Positions 28,028-38,883 of a stretch of 64,000 bases of DNA are shown here, piece after piece. The translations under genes and the position numbers were made by a program. How positions within the stretch are numbered: position 1 is the first letter of the stretch; every line of letters begins with the position of its first letter. The stretch is from Candidatus Woesebacteria bacterium RIFCSPHIGHO2_01_FULL_39_32 (GTDB taxonomy: Bacteria > Patescibacteriota > Microgenomatia > UBA8517), in the NCBI GenBank assembly GCA_001792345.1, contig MGGJ01000001.1:153710-217709 (forward strand), in the 5' to 3' direction. The notes under the pieces are model-generated. The model ran no database searches, had not been told where the DNA came from, and was given only the letters and a program-made list of their open reading frames with translations.

Positions 28028-29965
28028 ATGTTTTTGGGAAAAAATATAAATGTCAAGTTATTTTTATTTGTGACTTTCGCAGTTACAGTAATTAATTTAA
28101 TAATCCTTCAACCAGTAATTAAATATCAATTAATCGAACTTGCAGATGATTGGATATGGATGGTTTATTACAAATCCTTGTCCCATATGCCTCTTCTAGC
28201 TAAACTTTGGTATATCTGGAAAAAGGTTGGTATTCATGAGAGTGGTTATGCTATATACGTGGGACTTTTAGGGGAGATTCTTGGTATGAATTACCAGGCA
28301 TATAACTACGTGAATATTTTTTTTAAAATACTTTCTGCGGTAACGCTCTTTCCTCTGATCTTAATTGTTTTTAAAAATAGATTATTGGCTACTATTACTA
28401 CTTTTATCTATGGAATTACTTCGGCCTCCACAGGATCTTTGTACTGGATGATGAAAGGAGGAATGTATCTGGGAATTACTTTTATGAATTTATTTTTGTT
28501 ATCCTACTATTTTGCTGTTACAAAGAAAAAAATCTTTTGGCTAATACTTTCCTCGATACTAATATTTATAACGTACATTAGTTCGGCAGTAAGAGTTTAT
28601 CCGGTTTTTCCGATTATTATATTAATAGAAACTATTTGGCTTATTTTTAATCGTTCAAAAGGGGATGGCAAATTCTTACAAATAAAAGTACGTGAGTTAA
28701 AAACTTCAATAATACGAATTGTTGCCTTTTTCCTACCAGTGTTCTTGGTAGCATCACGAGCCCCAGTTTCTCCTCACGGCTTTATCGGAAGGAAAACCGT
28801 AATGCTTTTAACTGACATCAAAAACGGAAATTTACACGATTTGCTTTCTCCTCTTGCTGGAATTGGATCTTCATTTTTACCTAATTATTTTTGGAAATAT
28901 TTTGGAGATATAAACCCGAAAACTTTTGCAAGCTTCGGTAATTATTTAATTTTTCTTTTCAAACGACCACTTCCAATATTCTTTTTAGCCACTATTATTC
29001 TTTCGAGATTAATTTCCAAAAGGCCTAAAAGATTTATTGTTATTGTATTAATTCTTAATTTTATTTTTGAACTTATGTTGTTTCCTATTACTACTTACCA
29101 TTTTAGTATTCCGAAAGAGTTAGTGTTTGAATACGATAGTGTTATTTTCTACTTTATTAAATACCCTACACTAATGGCTGTGTACGTACTTAGCGTTGCT
29201 ATCGCGAGTTTTTTTGAAATGAGGTTTGATGCGAAAAATAAATTACTGTTGACTTTATGGGTAGGTCCTTTATTTTCGGCTATATTTATGTTGTCGATGT
29301 GGATACTAATTGGGTTTCTGGTTAATGCGTATAGTAGCACTGGATATTATTTCGCCATACCCGCAATAGGAATGTCGCTTTTTACATCCTCAATTCTTGT
29401 ATTAATGTATGAAAGATCCAAAGATAGAAAATTATTTAATCTGATACCTCTTGTTGTTATCATTGGGTTCTTAATTTCATTTTATAAAACAAGTAAACTT
29501 GAAATTCACAGAGATTTTACAAGCGATAATCCCGGAAAGATTACAATTCAAGACGTGAATATTTTGCATAGTAATTTATTGGAAGATTTGGGAGACGCCT
29601 CTAAGTCTGGTAATATATTGATATATTTTGAAATTCCTAACGCTACAGCTTCCGGTAATCTGAGACTGGGACTTTTAGGTTTCCCTCAGATGGTTGTTTG
29701 GCAGCGAAACAATGAAGGTATTGGATGTGTGGATTCGTTAACAGATAAAGAAAAACTTCAAATGGCATTTCGATCTGATACGCAGAAACAGGGATTTAAT
29801 TCAAAAGGAGAGTGTGTGTTTAAGACGTCGGTCCCAACAATCAACGAATATGCCGATAAAGAAAATATTTTTTATACAACCAACGATTTTTATGCTTACA
29901 GATTTGATGGTTTAACCCCCATTGATATTCGTGGCGAAGTTCTTGCAGAATTGGCGAATAAATAA
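28028..29965 (+). CDS. Polytopic GT-C-like membrane protein
   Basis: DD acidic pair after TM1 (ADDW), about 12 TM, soluble C-terminal domain; homologous to the C-terminal part of 45810..48524. Confidence 0.65.
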   Translation: MFLGKNINVKLFLFVTFAVTVINLIILQPVIKYQLIELADDWIWMVYYKSLSHMPLLAKLWYIWKKVGIHESGYAIYVGLLGEILGMNYQAYNYVNIFFKILSAVTLFPLILIVFKNRLLATITTFIYGITSASTGSLYWMMKGGMYLGITFMNLFLLSYYFAVTKKKIFWLILSSILIFITYISSAVRVYPVFPIIILIETIWLIFNRSKGDGKFLQIKVRELKTSIIRIVAFFLPVFLVASRAPVSPHGFIGRKTVMLLTDIKNGNLHDLLSPLAGIGSSFLPNYFWKYFGDINPKTFASFGNYLIFLFKRPLPIFFLATIILSRLISKRPKRFIVIVLILNFIFELMLFPITTYHFSIPKELVFEYDSVIFYFIKYPTLMAVYVLSVAIASFFEMRFDAKNKLLLTLWVGPLFSAIFMLSMWILIGFLVNAYSSTGYYFAIPAIGMSLFTSSILVLMYERSKDRKLFNLIPLVVIIGFLISFYKTSKLEIHRDFTSDNPGKITIQDVNILHSNLLEDLGDASKSGNILIYFEIPNATASGNLRLGLLGFPQMVVWQRNNEGIGCVDSLTDKEKLQMAFRSDTQKQGFNSKGECVFKTSVPTINEYADKENIFYTTNDFYAYRFDGLTPIDIRGEVLAELANK

Positions 29966-29967
29966 TA

Positions 29968-30816
29968 ATGAGATCTTCAGAGATTTACTCAAAAAAGAAA
30001 GTTAACAATATTTCTAGAATTCTTGAAAATGTTGGCGATATTGCACTTAGAAAACGTGCTGAATGGCTAATTAATAACTTGCATTTGAAAAAAGGAGAAA
30101 AAGCACTAGACGTGGGTTGCGGTGATGGGTTTTATCTGCACATATTGTCTAAATTAAAAATCAACCTAAAACTTTATGGTATAGATAACGATAAAAAGGC
30201 GTTAATAACTGTAGCGGCACGTTTTAAGAAAAAAGAAGTAAAACTCTTTTGGTGTGATTTGATGAGGAAATTACCGTATAAAAGTAATAGTTTCGATAAG
30301 GTTATAATGAGCGAGGTATTAGAACATCTTCAAGACGACAAGGTGGGGTTGAAAGAAGTTTATAGAGTTCTAAAACCAAATGGAATTCTTTGTCTTTCAG
30401 TACCAAATCATCGATATCCTTTCCTTTGGGACCCCGTTAACTGGACACTTGAGCATATGCTTAAAACTCATCTAAAGTCTGGATTTTGGGCAGGAATTTG
30501 GAATCAGCATATAAGACTATATGAAAAAAGAGAACTTAAAGAGATTGTTAAAAATGCTGGATTTAAAGTTAGAAAGATACAATCTTTGACTCAGTGGAGT
30601 TTACCTTTTAATCATTACTTGGTTAATTTAGGTGCACGTCTTCTTACTAAAAAAAGTTTTAACGTTGTAACCAGTGGAGCTAATAAGTTCGAAGAAAATG
30701 TCAAAAGATCTTTTACGGTAAATACCTTTTTTGCAATTAGTAATTTGATTGACCGTTTAAATAGTTCGAAAGAATTAGAAGTTGGAGTATCCTTGGTTGT
30801 CAGCGCTAAAAAGTAA
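29968..30816 (+). CDS. Class I SAM-dependent methyltransferase
   Basis: LDVGCGDG, SFD.V..SEVLEH, RVLKP.G...SVP, H.R.Y. Confidence 0.9.
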   Translation: MRSSEIYSKKKVNNISRILENVGDIALRKRAEWLINNLHLKKGEKALDVGCGDGFYLHILSKLKINLKLYGIDNDKKALITVAARFKKKEVKLFWCDLMRKLPYKSNSFDKVIMSEVLEHLQDDKVGLKEVYRVLKPNGILCLSVPNHRYPFLWDPVNWTLEHMLKTHLKSGFWAGIWNQHIRLYEKRELKEIVKNAGFKVRKIQSLTQWSLPFNHYLVNLGARLLTKKSFNVVTSGANKFEENVKRSFTVNTFFAISNLIDRLNSSKELEVGVSLVVSAKK

Positions 30817-30865
30817 CTAGCATTTATTGTTATTTTAAAAAACGTTGATATACTAGAATAGCAAT

Positions 30866-31339
30866 ATGCCACGAAGTAAAAAAATATTCTTTTTAATTTC
30901 CTTGTTAATTATCATTGGTCTTTTTGTTTTAAATGCAAAATCTGCAAATCCCAATAATCAACCGTACTATAACGCAAAACGCTTGTATGAAAAAACTTTA
31001 TTAGCACTTAAAACCAATCCCGAAAAAAAGTTAGATTACCAACTCAGTCTTTTAGATAAAAGACTGAGTGAGCTATCCTTTATTGTACTAAATGGAAAAT
31101 CGGAGCATATTTTAAAAACATCTTTGAGATACTCAACAACTGCGGGACAGTCTACAGAACAAGTCATAAATAATAATTTGAAAGGAAGATCTGATGGAGT
31201 AAAACAAAAATTGGAATCGCATCTTAAAGTAGTCGACAATCTTGTGGCTAATTATCCAAAAGACGATGGACAGAAAAAATTTGTAATCGATGCTAGCAAT
31301 TACTTAAAAACTTACATAATTCAGTTAACAACAAATTAG
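30866..31339 (+). CDS. DUF5667-like helical exported protein
   Basis: N-terminal TM; PYYNAKRLYEK..L.L...PEKK......L.DKRLSE. Confidence 0.6.
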   Translation: MPRSKKIFFLISLLIIIGLFVLNAKSANPNNQPYYNAKRLYEKTLLALKTNPEKKLDYQLSLLDKRLSELSFIVLNGKSEHILKTSLRYSTTAGQSTEQVINNNLKGRSDGVKQKLESHLKVVDNLVANYPKDDGQKKFVIDASNYLKTYIIQLTTN

Positions 31340-31369
31340 AATACCACTATAAAGAAAGCTCCAACAAAA

Positions 31370-32149
31370 ATGTATGAAGAAATTGACGCTGTACTTATCG
31401 ATTTAGAAAAATATTTAAAGAAATTTCTTCGGACTAACAAACCGCTAAAACATTTAATGCGGGATTCTTTTGTAGATCATAAAGGTAGGTACAAAAGCGA
31501 TTTGCAAATAATATCAAAATTTTGTAACAAGAAAGGTAGGATACTTGATGTTGGATCTGCACCGTGTCATTTAATTTATTGCCTTTCCAAACTGGGATAC
31601 AATGTTGTAGGACTCGATATAGATCCAAGCGTTGTCGGACCCTTTTTAAAAGAAAATAAATTAGTTGTTATAAAATGTGACTTAGAGGTCGATACCATTC
31701 CTTTTAAAAGAAAGAGCTTCGATTTTATAATTTTTAACGAAATATTTGAGCACTTGAAAATAGATCCTATCGGGACATTAAAAAAAATTCACTCTCTGTT
31801 AAAACCCGGTGGTCTTTTTATATTAACTACACCGAACCTTTATTCAATCCACAAAATTATTATGTTTAATTTGGGGATGAGCTTTAATAATGCATATTTT
31901 GAATTTAAAAAAATGGAGAAATATGGATACATGGGGCATATTCGTGAATACTCAACTAAGGAGATGAGACTACTTCTTGAAGAAGCTGGATTTAAAATTA
32001 TTAAAGTATTATACAGGAATTACAGTCGTTTCTCCGACAACAACTTAATCAAAAAAATGCGCCTTGTTCCATTAGCCTATGGTCTTGACTTATTTTCTTA
32101 CATAGTACCTAAATTGCGGTTTTCTCAAGTGATTATTTGCAAATCATAA
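31370..32149 (+). CDS. Class I SAM-dependent methyltransferase
   Basis: ILDVGSAP, FD.I...EIFEH, LLKPGG...LTTPN, HIREY. Confidence 0.9.
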   Translation: MYEEIDAVLIDLEKYLKKFLRTNKPLKHLMRDSFVDHKGRYKSDLQIISKFCNKKGRILDVGSAPCHLIYCLSKLGYNVVGLDIDPSVVGPFLKENKLVVIKCDLEVDTIPFKRKSFDFIIFNEIFEHLKIDPIGTLKKIHSLLKPGGLFILTTPNLYSIHKIIMFNLGMSFNNAYFEFKKMEKYGYMGHIREYSTKEMRLLLEEAGFKIIKVLYRNYSRFSDNNLIKKMRLVPLAYGLDLFSYIVPKLRFSQVIICKS

Positions 32150-32156
32150 TTAACGT

Positions 32157-33095
32157 ATGTCGAGAAAGAAAAATTTATTAAATTTGGTAGATAAGGCGAT
32201 TAAAAAATACTTTCAGGAATCAAATACGCTGCAATTTTTGGCTGATAATAGATATAACAGGCGAATTTTTTCAACAACAGGCCAGTACGATTGGTTTTCG
32301 GGGCAGCTTTTGTACTTTTTAGTAAGACACACCAAGCCAAAAATTATAGTCGAGATTTCAACTTCATCCGGCTACTCAACACTTTTTATGGCTTTAGGCT
32401 TAAAGAAAAATGGTTTTGGCAAAATCCATACGTTTGATATGGACGCAAAAGCATTAAAAGCAGCCGAGAAGAACTTTAAGAAGTATAAAGTAAAAAAATT
32501 TGTTAAAACTCACTTAGGAGATGCGCGAGTCGAAATAGATAAAATAAAAAATCTAAAACATGCTGGCCTTTATTTTCTTGACTCAGAGCATACAGAAGAA
32601 TTTGCCCAGTGGTTTATCGAAAAACTTGTCGTTCCAGCAAAAGAAAGTGCGCTCTTTACCACGCACGATATCATGCCTGTCTACGCGAAAGTTCGAAAAT
32701 ACAACGGCCCTCCATGGACTTTTACCAACTTACATTTTTATAGAACCCTATTATTTAAATTTAAAAGCAAAGTTGAGGGAATAGATTTAGGTTTGGAGAA
32801 TCTAAAACTTAACATAAAAAAGCCAAAAAGTAAAAATGGACTTTATGTTTATGATGGCAACGAAGGTTCGGAGCCATCATTTGGCAATAAACTTGTATCG
32901 TACATGGAAAAGGGAGAGTATCTCTATTGCTACGATATCGCCGACAAGTATGCAAAATTACTCCAAAGTCGAAAATATGATTACTTTGCACGAGGATTCC
33001 AAAATGAAGAAGGGAAACCTTATGAATGGAATCATTCTCTTTGGGCTTATTCCGGCGCAGTAAAGGCTGCATATCAAAAGTTCTTACTTACTTAA
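32157..33095 (+). CDS. Class I methyltransferase (Methyltransf_24-like)
   Basis: R..KPK.IVEIST..GYST..MA, GDA, FLDSEH, HD. Confidence 0.75.
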   Translation: MSRKKNLLNLVDKAIKKYFQESNTLQFLADNRYNRRIFSTTGQYDWFSGQLLYFLVRHTKPKIIVEISTSSGYSTLFMALGLKKNGFGKIHTFDMDAKALKAAEKNFKKYKVKKFVKTHLGDARVEIDKIKNLKHAGLYFLDSEHTEEFAQWFIEKLVVPAKESALFTTHDIMPVYAKVRKYNGPPWTFTNLHFYRTLLFKFKSKVEGIDLGLENLKLNIKKPKSKNGLYVYDGNEGSEPSFGNKLVSYMEKGEYLYCYDIADKYAKLLQSRKYDYFARGFQNEEGKPYEWNHSLWAYSGAVKAAYQKFLLT

Positions 33096-33189
33096 TTTTC
33101 TTCGTAATATATTGTCCAAACTTTCTATTTAGATTTGTATATATGAAGAATTGTTATATCATTAGACGAAAATGGATGGCCGTTAATTA

Positions 33190-34842
33190 ATGAATAATTC
33201 GAGAAACAAAATTGTCGCCATTATTCCTGCGGGAGGCATGCCAAATAATATTCTTACTCAGTCTGGCAATCTTCCCGATGCAATGGTTCCGATAAATTGC
33301 AAACCTGTAATTGGCTATATTATTGAAGATCTTATTGAGCGAGGAATAAGAAAAGTATTTGTAATACTAAATTCGTCTGACGAATATACGGAAAGCTACC
33401 TTAAAAATAAGTTTAAAGACAAGCTTTTTATCAACGTAATTTATCAAGATTTCTTAGAAAGAGGTGTGGGATATGCAGTTTATTTGGCCGTGAAAAACAT
33501 TTCAAGAAACGAAAAAGTATTAGTTTATTTAGGGGATACTATTTACAAAGGTAAACTTACGTTTAATGAGAACGCTCTTGTAACGTCAAACATTTATGAA
33601 GAAAGTACCAAATGGTGTTTTGTAGAAAACAAAAAAGAAGGATTATTATTTATAGATAAACCAAAAAATTACCTCGGCGAGGGAAAGGTGTTATGTGGTT
33701 TGTATTTTTTTAAGAAGGGAGCATTGGTTAGAAAGGTAGCGGAGGAGCTAGTAAGAAATATTAAAAAGATCGAAATGAGCGACATTCTAACAATCTATAG
33801 CGAAAATCAAAAATTCAAGTTGGTAAATGCAAAAAGATGGTACGATTGCGGGAACATTGAGAATTATTACAAAGCAAAGATAGATTTTTTAAAAGTAAGG
33901 CACTTTAACAAATTAATATACAATGATCTTTTTGGAAGTATTACAAAATCAAGTAATAACAGCGAGGATTTTAATAAAATTGACGACGAGATTAATTGGT
34001 ATCTAAATTTACCACAAGATCTTCAAATATTTGCTCCAAGACTAATTGATTATAGAAAAACTAAAAGAAACTCGAATTATTCATTGGAATTTTATGGGTA
34101 CCAAAGCTTAGCTGATTTATTTGTTTTTAATAGTTTGGATTTGAGAGTTTGGACTTCAATAATTAAAAAGTTGTTTGAAATAATTGAAGAATTCCGAAAA
34201 TATAAGGTGGACATTCCATATAAGAATTACTATGAAATGTACTACGTTAAAACGATTAAAAGAATAGAAATGTTAGAAAAAAGAAAATATTGGCAAGAAA
34301 CTTTTTCTAAAGAATATGTTTTGATTAACGGAAATAAGATAAAAAATATTAAATATTATTTAGACGCTATTAAGGTTTCTGTTAAGAAGCTTTACACAAA
34401 GAAGGAAATGGCGTTTATACATGGCGATCTTTGTTTGGGAAACATTCTTTTTGACCCAACCAATAAGATTTTTAAGTTTATCGATCCAAGGGGAAGTTTT
34501 GGAAAACAATCTGTTTATGGTGATTTGAAATATGATCTTGGGAAGTTAAGACATAGTTTCCACGGGCTTTATGATTTTATTACAAGCGATCTTTTTACAA
34601 TTAAAAAAGATGGGTTTAGATATTTATTTAAAATCTATTCTGAAGGGCGCCATAAGGATATTGGTAATATTTTTGACAAAGAGCTTATCAAAAATGGTTT
34701 TAATCTCGAGAAAATAAAACTCATTGAGGCATTACTCTTTGCTTCAATGATACCAATACACAAAGATTCACTTGAAAGGCAGAAAGCAATGTATCTCACT
34801 TCAGCGATTTTGTTAAACGAAATAGATTTCACAGCTTTATAG
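33190..34842 (+). CDS. Nucleotidyltransferase-like domain fused to an APH/choline-kinase-like domain (capsule biosynthesis protein)
   Basis: IIPAGG...P..MVPI..KP; WYDCG; HGDLCLGNIL, IDPRG, YD..KL.HS. Confidence 0.8.
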   Translation: MNNSRNKIVAIIPAGGMPNNILTQSGNLPDAMVPINCKPVIGYIIEDLIERGIRKVFVILNSSDEYTESYLKNKFKDKLFINVIYQDFLERGVGYAVYLAVKNISRNEKVLVYLGDTIYKGKLTFNENALVTSNIYEESTKWCFVENKKEGLLFIDKPKNYLGEGKVLCGLYFFKKGALVRKVAEELVRNIKKIEMSDILTIYSENQKFKLVNAKRWYDCGNIENYYKAKIDFLKVRHFNKLIYNDLFGSITKSSNNSEDFNKIDDEINWYLNLPQDLQIFAPRLIDYRKTKRNSNYSLEFYGYQSLADLFVFNSLDLRVWTSIIKKLFEIIEEFRKYKVDIPYKNYYEMYYVKTIKRIEMLEKRKYWQETFSKEYVLINGNKIKNIKYYLDAIKVSVKKLYTKKEMAFIHGDLCLGNILFDPTNKIFKFIDPRGSFGKQSVYGDLKYDLGKLRHSFHGLYDFITSDLFTIKKDGFRYLFKIYSEGRHKDIGNIFDKELIKNGFNLEKIKLIEALLFASMIPIHKDSLERQKAMYLTSAILLNEIDFTAL

Positions 34843-34843
34843 T

Positions 34844-35605
34844 ATGAAGCTAACAATTAACAATTCTTTTAAACAGGGTGTAAACATTTTAATACCCATG
34901 TCTGGAGCTGGAAGCAGATTCGTAAAAGCTGGCCATACAGCCCCAAAACCATTAATAAAAGTAAAAGGTAAAACGATGATCGAATGGGCGATGAAATCGT
35001 TTAATTTTTTAAATAACATACCTAGGTATCGAATTATTTTTATAATCAGAAGATCCGATATTGATAATTATAAGATCGATAAAACTCTAAAAAGTTTATT
35101 CGGAAAAGAAATTATACTGGTAGTAAAAGATAGTAATGAAGTTAAAGGTCAGGCATACGATTGCTTACTTGCAAGAAACTACATCGACACCCAAAACCCA
35201 CTTTTTATATATAATTGTGATACATATTCGCTTTCAAATGTTTGGGATGTTGTTTTAAAGTGGGATCCGGATGGTGTAATACCATATTTTAAAAGCAATA
35301 ATCCTCGATACAGCTTTATTAAAATTGATGAAAAAGGAAATATCATACAAACTACAGAGAAAGTTCCCATATCGATGATGGCTTCTTCCGGAATGTATTA
35401 CTTTAAAATGGGCCATGATTTTTGTGAAGCAGCTGAGGAAATGATATCCGAGAATGAGTCTTACAACAAAGAATACTATGTAATACCTACTTATAATCGA
35501 TTGATAAAAAAAGGGAAAATAGTTAAACCAGCAAAAGCAACTCTTAATTGGATTCTTGGAACACCAGAAGAAATGGAGCGCTTTATCCAATTTTACAAGA
35601 GATAA
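34844..35605 (+). CDS. Sugar-phosphate nucleotidyltransferase-like (BcbE-like)
   Basis: IPMSG.GSRF..AG...PKPLI, IYNCD, EK..IS..A..G.YYF, EYYV.P.YN, LGTPEE. Confidence 0.8.
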   Translation: MKLTINNSFKQGVNILIPMSGAGSRFVKAGHTAPKPLIKVKGKTMIEWAMKSFNFLNNIPRYRIIFIIRRSDIDNYKIDKTLKSLFGKEIILVVKDSNEVKGQAYDCLLARNYIDTQNPLFIYNCDTYSLSNVWDVVLKWDPDGVIPYFKSNNPRYSFIKIDEKGNIIQTTEKVPISMMASSGMYYFKMGHDFCEAAEEMISENESYNKEYYVIPTYNRLIKKGKIVKPAKATLNWILGTPEEMERFIQFYKR

Positions 35606-35653
35606 ATTTGAAAACTGCTGTTCGATCGAGTAAATTGATATATAATCTTCATC

Positions 35654-36037
35654 ATGAGAATATGTATAGACTTAGATGGGGTAATTTGTGAAGTAAGGAG
35701 GAAGAATCAATCATACGAGGATGTAAAACCCTTACCAGGAGCAATCGAAAAAATTCAAGAATTAAAAAGTAAAGGTCACTATATTATTATTTCTACCTCT
35801 CGGCACATGAAGACTACAGACGGCAATGTAAATAAAATATTAGCAAAAGTAGGAGAAATAACACTTACTTGGTTAAGAAAACATAAGATTCCATTTGACG
35901 AGATAAATTTTGGTAAACCTTACGCTCATATTTATATCGATGATAAAGCTGTTCGCTTTAGTGGATGGAAAAAAATAAGAGGAGATGGGGGTAACCTCCC
36001 TCTTAAAAAGGAAGATAAAGAGTTTAAAGTCAAATGA
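35654..36037 (+). CDS. HAD-superfamily capsule biosynthesis phosphatase (EcbF/BcbF-like)
   Basis: DLDGVIC, TSR.M, WL.KH.IPFDE..FGKP, YIDDKA. Confidence 0.85.
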   Translation: MRICIDLDGVICEVRRKNQSYEDVKPLPGAIEKIQELKSKGHYIIISTSRHMKTTDGNVNKILAKVGEITLTWLRKHKIPFDEINFGKPYAHIYIDDKAVRFSGWKKIRGDGGNLPLKKEDKEFKVK

Positions 36038-37797
36038 TAGTCGTAGGTTTTTACAAAGGACACAACGCGACAGCCTGTGTTCTTAAAGACGGAAAGATAT
36101 TAGCTAGCGCCAGCGAGGAACGTTTTGTACGGATAAAAAACGTTGATACTTTCCCAACGAACTCAATTAAATTTTGCCTCGATTTTATAGGCGCAAAAGT
36201 TGCCGATGTTGATCTTTTTGTTAGAACCTACAAACACGCTGAAGGCTTTGTTACTTCTAAGGGTAAAACAGTAATGACAAAACCACTAGAGTATCAAAGA
36301 TGGCTTGCAAAAACCTTTGATCGGTTACTCTTTTACTTACCGAGTTTAAATTCACTGACCAGAGAGACATATGCATACTTCTCAAAATTTCTTTTGACTC
36401 CTTACTATCAATCGAAATTTAGAACCAATATGGCCAACTTCCTGAAAGTGGATCCCCAAAAAATTATATTTGCAGATCATCACTCGTGCCACGCATATGC
36501 TCCGTATTATGGATTTATTACTAATGAAGAAAAGAAACAAGATTATTTAGTGATTACACTAGACGGGGAAGGAGACGAAGACTGCGGTGGCATTTGGCTT
36601 GTAAAATCCGGTAAGTGGGAAAAAATTGCAACTGTATCATATGGTGATTCTATCGCGGCATTTTACGGTTACATTACAAGTTACTTGGGAATGAAAATAA
36701 ATGAACACGAATATAAGGTTATGGGGTTAGCCCCTTATGTTTCCGAATACGAAATTAAAAAAGTATATCCAATATTTAAAGACCTTTTTTGGATAGATGA
36801 TAATCTTGTAATGCACTCAAAGATTCATTCCGGATCTTACCCCTATTATTTGGAGAAATATCTTAGGGGAATGCGTTTTGATGGCATTGCCGGCGCAGCA
36901 CAATTATTAGCAGAAAATGTTGCAATAGACCTTGTTAAAAAGGCAATACGAAAAACCGGTATCAAAAACATTATACTTTCCGGAGGGTTTTTCATGAATG
37001 TAAAGGTAAATCAAAAAATTGCGAAACTTTCAGAAGTAAAAAGATTGTTTGTCTGTCCATCAGCATCTGATGAATCGAGTGTATTCGGTGCTGCATATTT
37101 TGGCTTCAAATATCTTTGCAAAGAGAAAGGAATAAATTTCAGACCTGAAACCCTCGACAATTTATATCTTGGTCCTAATTTTGAAGACAAAGGATTGAAA
37201 AAGGCAATGATTAAAGCAAAGATATCAAAAAAATATAAAATTAATAAATATAAAAATATAGAAAAAGTTATCGCTGATCTTTTGGCTGAAGGTAAAATTG
37301 TCGGACGATTTACAGGACGTATGGAATGGGGAGCAAGAGCTTTAGGAAATAGATCAATTCTGATGGACCCGAGAAGTAAAGATAAAATTCGTGAACTTAA
37401 CGATCAGGTTAAATCAAGAGACTTTTGGATGCCTTTTGCAGCAACAATCATAGATGAATATAAAACCAAATATCTTAGAAATACTGATAAATCTGATGGT
37501 AGATTTATGGTAATGGCCTATGATACAACGGACCTTGGTAAGAAGAATTTAAGCGCGGCGATTCATCCATATGATGAGACTTGTAGACCGCAAATATTAA
37601 GTAGAATCGACAATCCTAAATACTATAAACTGATAAAATATTTTCAGGGCAAAACTGGCGTTGGTGCAGTTCTTAATACATCGTTCAATTACCATGGAGA
37701 ACCAATTGTTTGTACGCCGGACGATGCACTACATACATTTGAAGTTACAGGTTTAAAATATTTAGCATTGGAAAATTGCTTAATTGCCAAAGAATAA
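36034..37797 (+). CDS. NodU/CmcH/TobZ-family O-carbamoyltransferase
   Basis: EERF.R.K, HH.CHA, DGEG, EYKVMGLAPY, SGG..MN, RME.GARALGNRS, K.R..W.PFA, LNTSFN.HGEPIV. Confidence 0.9.
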   Translation: MIVVGFYKGHNATACVLKDGKILASASEERFVRIKNVDTFPTNSIKFCLDFIGAKVADVDLFVRTYKHAEGFVTSKGKTVMTKPLEYQRWLAKTFDRLLFYLPSLNSLTRETYAYFSKFLLTPYYQSKFRTNMANFLKVDPQKIIFADHHSCHAYAPYYGFITNEEKKQDYLVITLDGEGDEDCGGIWLVKSGKWEKIATVSYGDSIAAFYGYITSYLGMKINEHEYKVMGLAPYVSEYEIKKVYPIFKDLFWIDDNLVMHSKIHSGSYPYYLEKYLRGMRFDGIAGAAQLLAENVAIDLVKKAIRKTGIKNIILSGGFFMNVKVNQKIAKLSEVKRLFVCPSASDESSVFGAAYFGFKYLCKEKGINFRPETLDNLYLGPNFEDKGLKKAMIKAKISKKYKINKYKNIEKVIADLLAEGKIVGRFTGRMEWGARALGNRSILMDPRSKDKIRELNDQVKSRDFWMPFAATIIDEYKTKYLRNTDKSDGRFMVMAYDTTDLGKKNLSAAIHPYDETCRPQILSRIDNPKYYKLIKYFQGKTGVGAVLNTSFNYHGEPIVCTPDDALHTFEVTGLKYLALENCLIAKE

Positions 37798-37800
37798 AGT

Positions 37801-38883
37801 ATGAGACCATTAGTTTCATTGCTTATACTAACTTATAATAGGCCTGATCTTCTCAAGGCCTGTCTGAAAAGTGCCGTAGCATCAGATTATCCAAATCTCC
37901 AATTTATTATTTCCGATAACGGACAAATGGCGACAACACAGAATCTCATCAGGCGTGAATTTTCAGATGTTTTCGTAAAAGTTGTTTCTGCTGGCAGGAA
38001 TGTCGGTCTTACTGGTGGTTTTAATTACGGATTTAAATATTGTCGTGGTAAATATGTAATGCTTCTTTCCAACGATACAAAAATAGACAAAGGTGCGATT
38101 TCTAATATGGTGAATATGGTGGAAAAAGATAAGAAAATAGGCATCGTAGCACCAAAAGTAATACAGATGAAAAATAGTAATTATTTACACAGCGTTGGTA
38201 GTTTTTTTACTTATTCTGGAATTCTTTATCATTACGGTCTATCAAAAATCAAAAATAATCCGTTGTACGAGATACCCTATTACACCTTTAGTGCTAACGG
38301 TTCAGGGTTTATGATAAGACGGGATATCGTTAAAAAAACTGGGCTTTTTGAACAAGAATTTTTTGTTGCATATGATGAAAGCGATCTTTGTCATAGAGTC
38401 TGGCTTTCCGGACATACTATTGTCTATTGTCCAAAAGCAGAGCTTTTGCATCTTTGGGGTGCAACAATAGGGGGTACCGAAAAAGAAGAAAATCCGAAAG
38501 TATGGTTTCTCAATGATAGAAATAAAATAACTTCTTTTATAGTAAATCTTTCTTTAGCTAATTTATTGATTGTACTCGCTATTTTTAATAGCATTTTGAT
38601 TACGTGGTTTTTTGTAAATATTGTAAGAGGTAGAACTAAAACCGCAATCATGCTTCCCCAAGCCTATTGGTGGCACATAATTAATTTCAGAAAGACGCTC
38701 ATGAAAAGAAAGAAGGTTCAAACAAAAATTAGGAAAGTAAGTGACGAAGAAATATTTAAAAAGTGTATGCTAAATCCAAAAGTTAAGTATTATTATCTGC
38801 TTTACAGATATGGAGTAATAGAGGGACTAAAAAAATACAAAGATACTAAATTACCAGACAGGATATTATATTTATCCGAATGA
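37801..38883 (+). CDS. GT2 glycosyltransferase (rhamnosyltransferase-like)
   Basis: TYN, DNG, N.G...G.N.G, LSND, FF..YDE.DLC.R, H. Confidence 0.9.
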   Translation: MRPLVSLLILTYNRPDLLKACLKSAVASDYPNLQFIISDNGQMATTQNLIRREFSDVFVKVVSAGRNVGLTGGFNYGFKYCRGKYVMLLSNDTKIDKGAISNMVNMVEKDKKIGIVAPKVIQMKNSNYLHSVGSFFTYSGILYHYGLSKIKNNPLYEIPYYTFSANGSGFMIRRDIVKKTGLFEQEFFVAYDESDLCHRVWLSGHTIVYCPKAELLHLWGATIGGTEKEENPKVWFLNDRNKITSFIVNLSLANLLIVLAIFNSILITWFFVNIVRGRTKTAIMLPQAYWWHIINFRKTLMKRKKVQTKIRKVSDEEIFKKCMLNPKVKYYYLLYRYGVIEGLKKYKDTKLPDRILYLSE

